64,000 nucleotides of DNA. It comes from the human T2T-CHM13v2.0 reference genome, Homo sapiens. Below the pieces are notes generated by a model. It was not told the origin of the DNA. It ran no database searches and saw only the letters and a list, made by a program, of their open reading frames with translations. Where the stretch lies: assembly GCF_009914755.1 (NCBI RefSeq), contig NC_060946.1. One strand, given 5' to 3'. The position numbers and the translations under genes are program-made. The stretch's first letter is position 1; each line of letters opens with the position of its first letter. This document shows, one piece after another, positions 1 to 12,023 of this stretch.

Positions 1-71
1 TGTACAGGGTTGGGGAGGGGCGATTTGAGAGAAATGAAAAGACAATTGCTGCCTTTAAGAAATTTACAATC

Positions 72-704
<633 letters not shown>

Positions 705-1181
705 TTATAATCAAATAGAAAATGAAGAGGTCCTGGATGGTTTCCTGGAGAAGGCAAGACTTAAGTCGACCTTGAAAGAGGGCAAACAGTCTCGGAGTAG
801 GGGGAGCCTCACCTTTCTTCCTTCCAATCAGGAATATAACATGCAGGGGTCTGAGCACTCCCCAGTGGGCTCACCTGTGCTGCTTGTGTAAATCCCAGTC
901 TCGCGGACCCTGAGATGAGCAAGCTGGTTGCGAGGCGCCTGGGACCTGAAGTTGCACCTCCTGGCCTCTTCCTCCTCTCAGGCTAGGTTGTAATTGTATA
1001 GCTGGGGCTTGCATTTATTCACCATCTTCCTGCTGCTCAGGGTCTCAGAGTTCAGAGATGACTGTGGATTATCCAAGGCTGGATTTGGCTCTCTGACCTC
1101 AGCTCACGCACACAGGTGCACACACCCCTCTTTTCCATTACCCTGACACTTGACTACCTTGTTTCTTCTCCTCGCCTCTAG

Positions 1182-1277
1182 GTTCGCAAGGAGCTTGAAG
1201 TAAATGGCATTGAATTCTACCCCCAGAAGGAATTTGATGAGGATTTGGAGGATAAGACGGAGAATGACAAAATCAGG
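1182..1277 (+). CDS. SEPTIN3: Septin-3 internal coding exon (VRKELEVNGIEFYPQKEFDEDLEDKTENDKIR)
   Basis: Polypyrimidine tract + ctctag acceptor, AGG|gtgggt donor, 96 nt phase 0/0; translation matches the septin GTPase domain and joins in frame to the next exon. Confidence 0.95.
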
Positions 1278-1755
1278 GTGGGTGCCTGGGGCACTGCTCC
1301 TCCACTGATGCCCCCTTGCGACCTCTGGGATGTGTATTGTGCACGTCCTCTGTCTGTCTTTTCCCTTTCTGTACTCCCCCCAACCTTGCCTGACCCAGAC
1401 CAGAAGTGACATAGGGGGATGGGGAGGACTATGGCCCTGGACTGTGAACCCACAGAAGGGCTCCCTGTACCCAGAAAGCCTTCTATCCCCAGACCACATA
1501 AAAGCCTCCTTTTCCCCAACAAGGTCTGGCAAAAACAGTATTTGGGGTGATGGGAGGGGCAGCAGGCAGGAAGAGCATCAGGCTGGGGTCCAGGAGGATC
1601 TATGCTGTGGTCAGACCCTGCCTTAGTTTCCCCTCTATGAAATGCAGGGGTTAGACTGAGTGGCTTATAGGCTTCCCCCGCTAGAATAACTTAAAAAAAT
1701 TAAATTGGCTGGGCGTGGTGACTCATGCCTGTATCCCAGCACTTTGGGAGGCCTA

Positions 1756-2158
<403 letters not shown>

Positions 2159-2272
2159 TCAGAAGTGTGTGGTTCAAGGCTAGAGGACCATATGCCATCC
2201 TGCTCCTGAAAGTCCAGGTTGTTGGAGGATGACGGTGCACATGTGTCTGGTTTGTGTTTCTGCCCCGTGCAG

Positions 2273-2372
2273 CAGGAGAGCATGCCTTTTGCTGTGGTGG
2301 GAAGTGACAAGGAGTACCAAGTGAATGGCAAGAGGGTCCTCGGCCGAAAAACTCCATGGGGGATCATCGAAG
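2273..2372 (+). CDS. SEPTIN3: Septin-3 coding exon (QESMPFAVVGSDKEYQVNGKRVLGRKTPWGIIE)
   Basis: Septin PFAVVGS and GRxxPWG motifs; cag/cag tandem acceptor, G|gtaatt donor. Confidence 0.96.
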
Positions 2373-2763
2373 GTAATTCACTGCATCTTCTGGAAGAACT
2401 GGTTGCTGATCAGTTATCCAGTCACCATTTATTAAGCATCTATAGGTCAAGGCACTGTCTCAGGACATATGAAATGAATGCCAGCCAGATTCTGCCCATA
2501 AGGAGCTTACAGTCTCATTGAGAAGACGATGCTCACAGGCAGGAGTAACAAGAGACTGATTTAGCACCTGACTGGGTGGCACTGACTTAGCGCATCAAAG
2601 GAGTTCAGAACATGGAGAGATTAGTAAGGCCTGGAAAAACTGGAGAAAGGTTTTCATAGGAAGGGGGATGTGATCTGACAAACTGCCGGAGGGTTGTTCA
2701 GGTGTTGCCATTTCCATTTTATTATGAATGGATGTGACCCTGGGCGGGTCTTGATGATTCTGA

Positions 2764-3183
<420 letters not shown>

Positions 3184-3898
3184 TGAACTCCTGACCTCAG
3201 GTGATCCATTTGCCTTGGCCTCCCAAAGTGCTGGGATTACAGATGTGAACCACCATGCCTGGTGATTTTATTTTTATTTTTAATAGAGGTGGGGGTCTCA
3301 CTGTGTTACCCAGGCTGATCTCAAACTCCTGGGCTCCAGTAATCCTCCTACCTTGGCCTCCCAAAGTGCTGGGATTACAGGCATGAGCCACAGCGCCTGG
3401 CCCCATGTCTTAATCCTCATTCTGTTCCAACAGTGCTTGGCCAATGATTTGCAAATACTAGGTATTCAATATATGTTGAATTGGATTTGTCATGTAGTGC
3501 ATGACCTTTTTAAAATGGCTCAATTATTATTTTCTCTGTGTTACTTCCAACCGGATTATAAGCTTCTGAAGAATGGGAAGTGTATCTTAGGCCTTGGCCA
3601 GTTTCTCAGACTTGGTATTAGTTTTCTCTTCTATAAAATGGTAAAAATTATAGTCCCTCTTGGCTATTATGCCACAGCGTCTAGAAGGATGTCGTGCCCA
3701 TTGTAGCTGCTTAATATTTGTTCAATGAATCAAATCCAGTACACCCAAGTGAGCAAATCTCTGGAAGGGTTACAAAAAATGACCTGTCCCATAGCTTTCT
3801 CCTAAATGCCTCCGTGACCCAAACAGAAGCTCACCTCCTGGGTGTTGCTGTATTAATGAACTGACTACCTGTTTTGCTTTGTTTTGTTTTGTTCATAG

Positions 3899-3950
3899 TG
3901 GAAAACCTCAACCACTGTGAGTTTGCCCTGCTTCGAGACTTTGTCATCAG
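3899..3950 (+). CDS. SEPTIN3: Septin-3 coding exon (VENLNHCEFALLRDFVIR), septin unique element
   Basis: ttcatag acceptor, AG|gtaaga donor; ENxxHCEF motif; phases match both neighbours. Confidence 0.96.
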
Positions 3951-4229
3951 GTAAGATGTCTCCCCTCCAGCTGTCCAGACAGCAGGTTGAATTATTTGGG
4001 GTCAGGGTCTATCTGTTCAGATTCACCTCCTGCATCTCCAGGTCTCTCTGACAGAGCTTTCTGCCCCAGTTCCAGCTCCTGTTGCAAAATGGAAGGTGCT
4101 GTAGAAGAATCCTTAGCTCCTGGGAGTGGTTCCCATTCACTGGGTCCAGTCCCTCGAAGTGATGTGTGTCACCGCCTCCTCTTCCTGCCCCTAATTGCAG
4201 CCCTCTTCTTCTCACCCTGTGTCCTCTAG

Positions 4230-4365
4230 GACCCACCTCCAGGACCTCAAGGAAGTGACACACAACATCCACTATGAGACTTACAGGGCCAAGCGGCTCA
4301 ATGACAATGGAGGCCTCCCTCCGGTGAGCGTGGACACAGAGGAAAGCCACGACAGTAACCCATGA
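4230..4365 (+). CDS. SEPTIN3: Septin-3 coding exon (THLQDLKEVTHNIHYETYRAKRLNDNGGLPP) read through an internal donor at 4323/4324 to give C-terminus VSVDTEESHDSNP*
   Basis: ctctag acceptor; HYExYR septin motif; CCG|gtgagc donor; in-frame TGA at 4363-4365 if unspliced. Confidence 0.94.
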
Positions 4366-4488
4366 CGACCACTTCTCTGTGTCATCACACATACCCACTT
4401 CACACACACACATCCCAAATACCACCACCAACCACCTTCTTCCTCTCAACTCTGTCCCACAGGCCTGTCTGGTATTTGTGGAGCATCT

Positions 4489-4492
<4 letters not shown>

Positions 4493-4531
<39 letters not shown>

Positions 4532-4550
4532 CAGAGAGAGAGCGAGAGAG
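4493..4550 (+). repeat. (TG)19 followed by GA-rich microsatellite
   Basis: Read directly from sequence. Confidence 0.97.
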
Positions 4551-6508
4551 CCTGTGTGTGTGCATGCAGGGGTGAGGTATTTTCACTGCCCTCCCTGGAG
4601 AGTCCCTTGTAAGTTTGGCTCCTCCATGCCTGTCCATTATCTGTCTCCTTTCCTTGTGTCCCAAAACAAAGCTGTTTGCCTCACTCAGGAGATCTGGGGG
4701 AGGTTTCATTTAAAAGTGCTGGGAGCAGGTGAGCCACAGGCAACTCTTCTCTCGGAACCTGCACACAAACTGGGGCTATAGAGATTCTCCAAGGACAGAT
4801 GGCAGTGGAGCTAGACCTGAGTAGGGGGCAGGGAGTTCAGGACAACCCTCCTGTAAGTTGGGGGTGGTCTGGGGGTAAGGCTGGGGCTTCCTGGGAAAAG
4901 GAAGGCCATGAGAAGGCAGAGAAGTAGGCCAGAGCTGGGTTCTTGCAGAAAGCATCAGTGCCTACAAATGGAGCTCCACCCTTCAGTCTGTGTCGTGTTC
5001 AGTGTCACAAAGCTACCACCTGTCACCAGAGCCTACTGCTGCTCTCCACTCAACTGGCCTCTGCTGCCAGGCCACTGCCTGTCTCTGCTTCCGACTTTGT
5101 CTTCTTTCTCCCTTTCCCTCCTTCCCTCATACATTGCTTTCTCTCCCTCTCCTGCGTGTCTCTGACATCTCTCACTTCCTTTTAGATGAATCTACTTTAG
5201 GTTCATTCCTATATTTAGCATTTATGCCCAGTCTACTTCCAGAAATGACTTTAGACTGCCTTTCACATAAAATCACAAAACTACAGGACAGTACAAACAG
5301 ATTGCCAGAGAAATCTGGGTCAAAGAAAGGAATAGGAAAGAAAGTTTCTGTAGTCAAGCACCTGAACAGGCCCTGAGCTCACAGGCAGCCAATGTAAAGA
5401 GGGAAACACAGTGAGTTATGCAGTTCCCAGTGTCCAGTTAAAGGAAGCACACATGCTAGTCATGTGAGACAACCTTTTATTGGGACATCAGGTTCTAGAA
5501 CTAATTCTAAAGAAGTATCAGAAACAATATACATAATTTGTCTTTCTTAGTAATTTGGCTTCAAAGACAAATTTTTGACCACACCTCCGTTTTCTCCGTC
5601 AGACTTCTCTCCCTTCTAAGCAGGCTTCTCTGTTGCTCCATTTGCTTCATACATACTTGACCTCTCTTTTCTATTCCCCATCACTTTTGTGCTGAAGCTA
5701 ATCATATTTATGTCTGTCTTTCTCTACTTTTCCCTAATTCCCTCTCCTCCTGACTCCTGTAGACATTCCCAATGATACCCACCGTCATACATTTAGGCTT
5801 TTCTTGCCTTTCCCTGAAGCCCTGTATTTATTAATGCATATATTTCCCCTGCTTGTTGTACAAGTAAGTTACTCTTTTCCTTTAATCTGTAAGATTCATG
5901 AAATTCGGGGCCAGGGAAACAGTTTAGCCTTAGGGAAGGGAAAACACTAAGTGAAACTGTTTACAATAACCTCATACAACCTTCTGTCCCATCTCCTGGT
6001 TCAGCCTAGGTGTTTCACTGGTCCTCTATGAATCCCAGCACTTATAATCCCAGTCTTTTATCACTCAGGTGCTAGGAAAAAAAACATAGACTCAAGACCC
6101 AAGATTCAATGGACCAGGAGAAAGGGGGGCGGTGATCAGGTCACCAGTGACCCCAACCTATGCTCTCGGTCTTTCCTGGAGGCTGCCAACCCAGCCCTCA
6201 TCCTCCCTTGCTCACAAAGTTACAGGGTAGGCACCTGTCAGGACAGAACAGCAGCAGCGCTACAGCCCAGAGGTTATACATTTCAACAGAACAGGGATCC
6301 TTGGCTACTGTAGAAGCAGTCCTGTATGGAGACCTTGGACCAGCAGGGGAAGATCTATGGGCATGGGAGGTGGGCGTTGGAAAGGCTGAGTAGGAATGGT
6401 GCCTGGCACCCCTGAACCATGATCTGAGCCTCCCTGGAGAAGGTATTTTATATGTCTGCTGCCAGCTGCTGGTCTCCACACCCTCAACCGTTCTCAACCC
6501 CCCTGCAG

Positions 6509-6574
6509 GGAGAAGGCCTCCTGGGCACTGTCCTTCCACCTGTGCCAGCCACCCCCTGCCCCACTGCTGAATGA
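6509..6574 (+). CDS. SEPTIN3: Septin-3 alternative terminal coding exon (GEGLLGTVLPPVPATPCPTAE*)
   Basis: ccctgcag acceptor, in phase with donor at 4323; recognised as the C-terminus of the longer SEPT3 isoform. Confidence 0.9.
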   Translation, partial: GEGLLGTVLPPVPATPCPTAE

Positions 6575-7802
6575 AGGCCATTTCAAGCGCTGCTTCTCAC
6601 TCCATTCCTCTCAGCTGTTATTGCTGCAGGGCCAAGCCCTTTTTAGTGCTGTGCTCGTCCAGCTCACCACCACAGCCCCTCTCAGCCCTCAGTAGGTGGG
6701 AGGGGCCAGCTGCCTCTTTAGGCCAGTTGCATCCTCCATTTATCCAAACCACTCCTCTCCTCCCAGTGGAGTGGGGTTCTGCCAGTACAGCCCTACTGCA
6801 TCATCTGCGTCAGCCGGTCCTAGCCCATCTGCAGGGTGAAAGAACTCATCAAGAGCTCCTTCTGCCCTTGTAAGCCCATCCCAGCTACTTGTAACCATCT
6901 CTAAGGGCAATGGCATTGCTCCCTACCCATTCATCTGCATGAGCTACTCTTGGCTTCCTTAAAGGGTCAAGAAAGCAATTTTTCTGCTTACTAGATTCAT
7001 TGAGATCAGCTGTGTGAGCCCCAAAGTGGGACAAGGGTGTCTCCTTCATTACTTAAAGATATTCATGAGGGTGGGTCACTACAGATGTTGGGGAGCAAGG
7101 GCTAGGATCACTTTTTAAAAAATCACCACTTGTGGCTGTCCCAGAGTGCGGTTGTACATCCTCCCCACCTCATAACGCAGCCACTGAGGAAGAGTGGTTT
7201 TCCTAAGAAGACATTGCTGGAGTTGACTTTCTTCTGTCCAAACAAACAAACAAAAACTAAACACACACACAAACCCCCAGAAACCCACAATATGTACACG
7301 CTAAGGAAAAACTAGCACCCTTCTGTCCACTCAGCAATAAGAGGGATCTCTTCCCACCTACCCTACCTACTCCTACCCCCAACCCCCTTCCCCATTAATG
7401 TGAGTAATGAATTAGCCTGACCACAGGTGGTCACTGTAGGCTAATGGAAAATACCCAAGGGAGGGCAAAGCCCCCCATCAGATGCATGAATGTTTGCGAA
7501 TGTTGACTGCCACTGCCCCACACACTGTGTCTTTATAGAATTCCCCTTTGCCCACCCTCTTCCTGTCTCCACCTGGACACAACTTGCTCAAAGGCTGGTG
7601 ACTTGTGGGCCATTCATCTACAACCAAGTCCTGATGGAGCAAGAGGCCCACGCCTAGGGGATGCAAGAACAACCCGTTTCTTAAATGTTACCAGTCCCAG
7701 CCAATCTTACGGTGACATTACAGTTAAATTTCCCAATTGAAAACAAGCAAACAGACACTCAAACTGGTCCTGTAATTGTTGCTAGACTTTATGTGTTGTA
7801 CA

Positions 7803-7808
7803 ACTAAA
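7803..7808 (+). terminator. Candidate SEPTIN3 poly(A) signal, variant ACTAAA
   Basis: Upstream TGTA elements, downstream U/GU-rich tract (tgtcttatttgtgc); no canonical AATAAA nearby. Confidence 0.55.
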
Positions 7809-8159
7809 CATTGCTGTTTGAACAGTAACTGCCTGGCCTGTCTTATTTGTGCTCCTTGACCAAATCAGCCATTATGTCATCTCACCCATGTGTGGAGGGT
7901 GAGACTCTCTTGGTAAGAAATAGCCACAGATATTAGAGATGAAAACACTTTGTGAGGTCAGTTCATCTTCAGTTGGCGTCAGGTCGGGCCTCAGTCATTA
8001 TTTTCTAGTGTTTCATAACCAAAGTGAGTAATGGATGGGAGGTTGAGGTGGGAAGATGGCTTGAGCATGGGAGGTTGGAGGTGCAGTGAGCTGAGATCAT
8101 TCCTGACAGGACCAACCCAAGTCCATACCTAAAGGCAGGGGGCTAAGGGGGCAGGTGAG

Positions 8160-8890
8160 GTCGGGAGGCCACTCACCTATCACTCACCCCTTCGCGCTCG
8201 AGCCAATTCTCAGGGCCCGCCTCTTTCTCCCCTTTCTCGGCGGGGGCCTCTACCCTGACTCCGCCCCGCTCCCCGGGCACTGCCCCACCACGTGACCCGG
8301 TCTCGCTCCTCCTCCTCCTCCTCCTTACGTCATAATCTCCGCCCTCCCCTTCAGAACCGCGCCCCACAGCTCGGCGCAGGTCCCGCCCCTTTCCATCTAC
8401 GGGGCGGCAGGAGGCCCGAAGCAAGATGGCGGTGAATCAGAGCCACACCGAGAACCGCCGCGGAGCCCTCATCCCTAACGGTGAAAGGTGCCTGAGGGGA
8501 AGCACGGCGTGCTGTCGGAGGAGAGGAGACGAATGAGATAGACATGGCGGCTCGCAAACTCTCAGCGAGTCAGGGACTTTGCCGCCTTTTTTGGGCGCGG
8601 CGCTCTTAGCTCCGCCCCCGACCTTTGGGAGCGCGCGCCCCTCACTGGTGTTCCGGCATGTGGAGGTGGCGGAGGCCGGAACGCGTGGCCTCGCGCGTTT
8701 GAGGGGTGGGGGTGGGAATGCGCCTTTTCAAGGCGCGGGGCCCAGACGCATGTCTCCTCAGGGCGGGGCGGGGAGGGGGTGCGAGACGCGTGTGTCCTTC
8801 GAAGAGAGGCCGGAGCTGACCGGCGGTTGTGAGCAGCCGGGGGCCTTCGGTGGCAGCGTGGCTGCCCTTGGGTGCCTGCGACTTTGTTGG
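8160..8890 (+). promoter_or_regulatory. CpG island / WBP2NL promoter
   Basis: Dense CpG; CCAAT 8203, GC boxes about 8261, 8339, 8383, 8401; E-box CACGTG 8289-8294; CRE-like TTACGTCA 8325-8332; YY1-type AAGATGGCGG 8423-8432. Confidence 0.88.
8426..8487 (+). CDS. WBP2NL: WBP2NL (PAWP) coding exon 1 (MAVNQSHTENRRGALIPNGE)
   Basis: Strong Kozak aagATGg; WBP2-family N-terminus; AG|gtgcct donor, phase 2 matches exon 2. Confidence 0.93.
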
Positions 8891-10021
8891 ATGAGGACAG
8901 GTACTGGGTGTGTATCTCCTCCTACTTCCACGAACAAGGTGTCGCTCTTTGGTAAGAGGGATGAGGAGGTCGAGTGTGGATCATTCTGGAAAGATCTCAA
9001 ACTGTTGTGGGGCTTCTCCTTGGACCTGGAAACTTTCTAAAGCCATGTTTCCTCCTTGCTCCAACCAGGGAGATGTCTGCTTTTAAAAACAAAATTGAAA
9101 AAATTGAGGCCAGGTGCAGTGGCTCATGCCTCTTATCCCAACAGTTTGGGAAGCTGAGGTGGCCCAGGAGTTTGAGACAAGACTGGGCAACATAGTGAGA
9201 CCCCATCTCTACAAAAAGTAGAAAATTAGTGGGCCATGGTGGTGTGCACCCATAATCCCAGCTGCTTGGGAGGCGATGGTAAGAGGATTGCTTGAACCCA
9301 GGAGTTTGGGCTGCAGTGAGCTCAGATTGTACCACTGCACTCCAGCCTGGGTAACAGAGCCAGATCCTGTCTTAAAATAAAAGATGGGACTGAACAGATG
9401 CCTGGGCACAACAAAGCACTGTTGGTCGCAGGAAGCTGTGGGGCTTACACCAGTTGCTTTGCTCCTTGCGGTGCCTGCTGCTGGCCCCTGAGCTCTCTAC
9501 TGGAGCAGACTCAGCCAGAGGGGTGCCCATCTCCACCTTCAAGCACACTTGTTCACTAAGGCCTGACTCCACTGCGCTCACCTCTTTACCCCACACGCCC
9601 CCTTTCCCGTTTCCTACACTCAAACTCAGTCTCCCCCGCTGTGCAGTTCTAAATTGCGCTCCTTTCTGGGCTCTGACTTGCCCTCAATTTCCTTTTCTCC
9701 CAACCAGCATTGAAACTCAAGCTGGATGATGTGCTTGGGGCCAGCACACTCAGGTCAGTTTGAATGTAGTTGTCAGGAAGATCGAAGTAGACGTTACCAA
9801 ATGCTGATATCCAGGTCTTTCTTCTATCTTTCCTTCCTCCAGAAAGTTTTCTTGACAGATTTATATGGGCCTTAGAGGTTGTATGTTCTCACCTGCTTCC
9901 TACGTACCTCTGCTGCTTTGTTCCATTTTGTGGTAGATGATTGCTCACCACTCTGACAGTGGTGTCCCCGTGAGCACTTACTGAGAGCCATTTGAGCACT
10001 TGTCATTCCATGGTGTGAAGC

Positions 10022-11640
10022 CTTTCTTTTCTTTTCTTTTTTCTTTTCTTAAGATATTTTTATTTCTCCAAATTTGTTATTTATTAGGAGTGACTGAAAT
10101 AAAAAACATAATTGAGTCCCATCATCATCATCATCATAGAAATGGCTTTAAGAGAAAACTGGTCAGATGACTATTATTGCTTCCCATTTCCAACCAGTGA
10201 ATAGTTGCCACTGATAAATTGACAGCGAGGAGTCTGTCAAGAATGCTCAAGATAGCCGGGCGCGGTGGCCCACGCCTGTAATCCCAGCACTTTGGGAGGC
10301 CCAGGTGGGTGGATCACAAGATCGGGAGTTCAGGAGCAGCCTGGCCAATATGTTGAAACCCCATCTCTACTAAAAATACAAAAAAAAAAAAAACAGCCGG
10401 GAGTGGTGGCGGATGTCTGTAGTCCCAGCTACTCAGGAGGTTGAGGCAGGAGAATTGCTTGAACCCAAAAGGTGAATCACCCAAAAGGTGAACCAAAAGG
10501 TTGAGGCAGGAGAATTGCTCCACCAAAAGGTGGAGGTTGCAGTGAGCCGAGATTGTGCCACTGCACTCCACCCTGGGCAATAGAGGGAGACTCCGTCTCA
10601 AAAAAAAAGAATGCTCAAGATATGTCATATAATACAACATGCCTGTTCAAAGGGGGAAAAATCTTAGGAAATAACTTACATGTACTTCTTGGTTTCATCA
10701 TACAAGACAAGCACAAAAGCACCACCCATGCCTCTGAGAACACTGGACCATGCACCCTTGAAAACAGCTTTGCTTCCTTCATCATGAGTAATCTTCCTCC
10801 AGCAGTCAAATGTGCCTGTGTACATGATGTCAGTTCCTTTGCATCCTGACTGCATCATCATGTAGCAGCAAATGGTGTTAAATGAATAGGAAGTCAACCC
10901 AGCAACGGCAGTGACAGTCTGTGCATCATCCAACTGATGACAATGTGAGTGTTCTTGGGATCCGGAAGCATTCCCTTTGCAGTGTCATAGTTACCGAAGT
11001 AGGCAGCAGGCAGCTCGGTAGATAATACCCTGCACAGACACGTTAAAGCCTTGGTACAGGCTCTTAATCCCGTCAGATTTGTAGATCTTAACTAGGCAGT
11101 CACCGAAACCTCGCAATTCCCTTTCAGCTCCAGCTTTGCCCACATCAGCTGCTACACGAGTATGGGCAAAATCAAGAGGGTACACAAAACACAAGGATGT
11201 GGCCCCAGTGGCACCGCCTGATGCCAGATTCCCTGCAAAGTAGCGCCAAAACTGGGATCTCTTGTCCACACCATCCAGGAAGATCTGCTTGTATTTATCT
11301 TTGAAGGTGAAGTTAAGAGCCTGGGTGGGGGAAGTATCTGATGACACTGGCCAGGTTACCGCACCAGGACAGGACTCCGTGCTCCTTGGGAATACAGACC
11401 ATGCAGTCTCTAATGCCCTTGTATTGCTTATCTGCAGTGATCTGCTTGCTGGCATGCTGCACCTGTAGCAGCAGCTTGACCCGCTCGATGGGTGCTACCG
11501 CCATCTTGGAGATGGCTGCGGCCACTCCACCTGCCAGGGAGTCCTTGGCGAAGGACACAGCAGCCTCTGTGATGTCGAAAGAGGAGGCAGGCTGCTGTGG
11601 GATGGGACTGGTCCGAGAATCGGCTTTGACTCCGGGGCTG
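10022..11640 (-). pseudogene. SLC25A5P1: Processed pseudogene of ADP/ATP translocase 2 (SLC25A5/ANT2), full length with UTRs and decayed A-tail
   Basis: Intronless ANT homology ([41 protein letters not shown]); ATG changed to ATC at 11571-11573; frameshifts; stop 10676-10678; T-rich tail 10023-10050; degenerate TSD at 10014-10027 and 11643-11657. Confidence 0.93.
10255..10606 (+). mobile_element. Alu inserted in the pseudogene 3'UTR
   Basis: Perfect 16-bp TSD aagaatgctcaagata at 10239-10254 and 10607-10622. Confidence 0.95.
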
Positions 11641-11894
11641 ATTGTGAAGTCATTTCTAATTTGGTGTTTGGGTGTCTTCTCACTCGGGCTATGGGTGTCT
11701 CTCTACTTCACTGCTTGTGTGTTGGAGAAAGGGAAGGAAGCATGTTTTAAAAAACAAAACACAGAAACACTGATTTTTGTGGTCCTTTGAATTACCTTTA
11801 TGGGATCCATTTTGTGCTCCTGAATACTTAATAGCATTTATCGAACACTATTTCAAGTACTGTTCTTAGTTCTAAGAGCTTTATACTGTAGTTA

Positions 11895-12023
<129 letters not shown>

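Larger units (their letters stand above)
4366..7830 (+). other. SEPTIN3: SEPTIN3 3'UTR (4366-6508 is intron in the spliced isoform)
   Basis: Alu-free 3.4-kb stretch after the stop codons, ending at a variant poly(A) signal. Confidence 0.75.

Noticed and set aside
8579-9040. 153-aa ORF in the CpG island
   Set aside because: Non-ATG start, GC-driven stop depletion, no recognisable domain
10676-11558. ANT-like ORFs as a functional carrier gene
   Set aside because: Start codon lost, several frameshifts, RRRMMM motif destroyed
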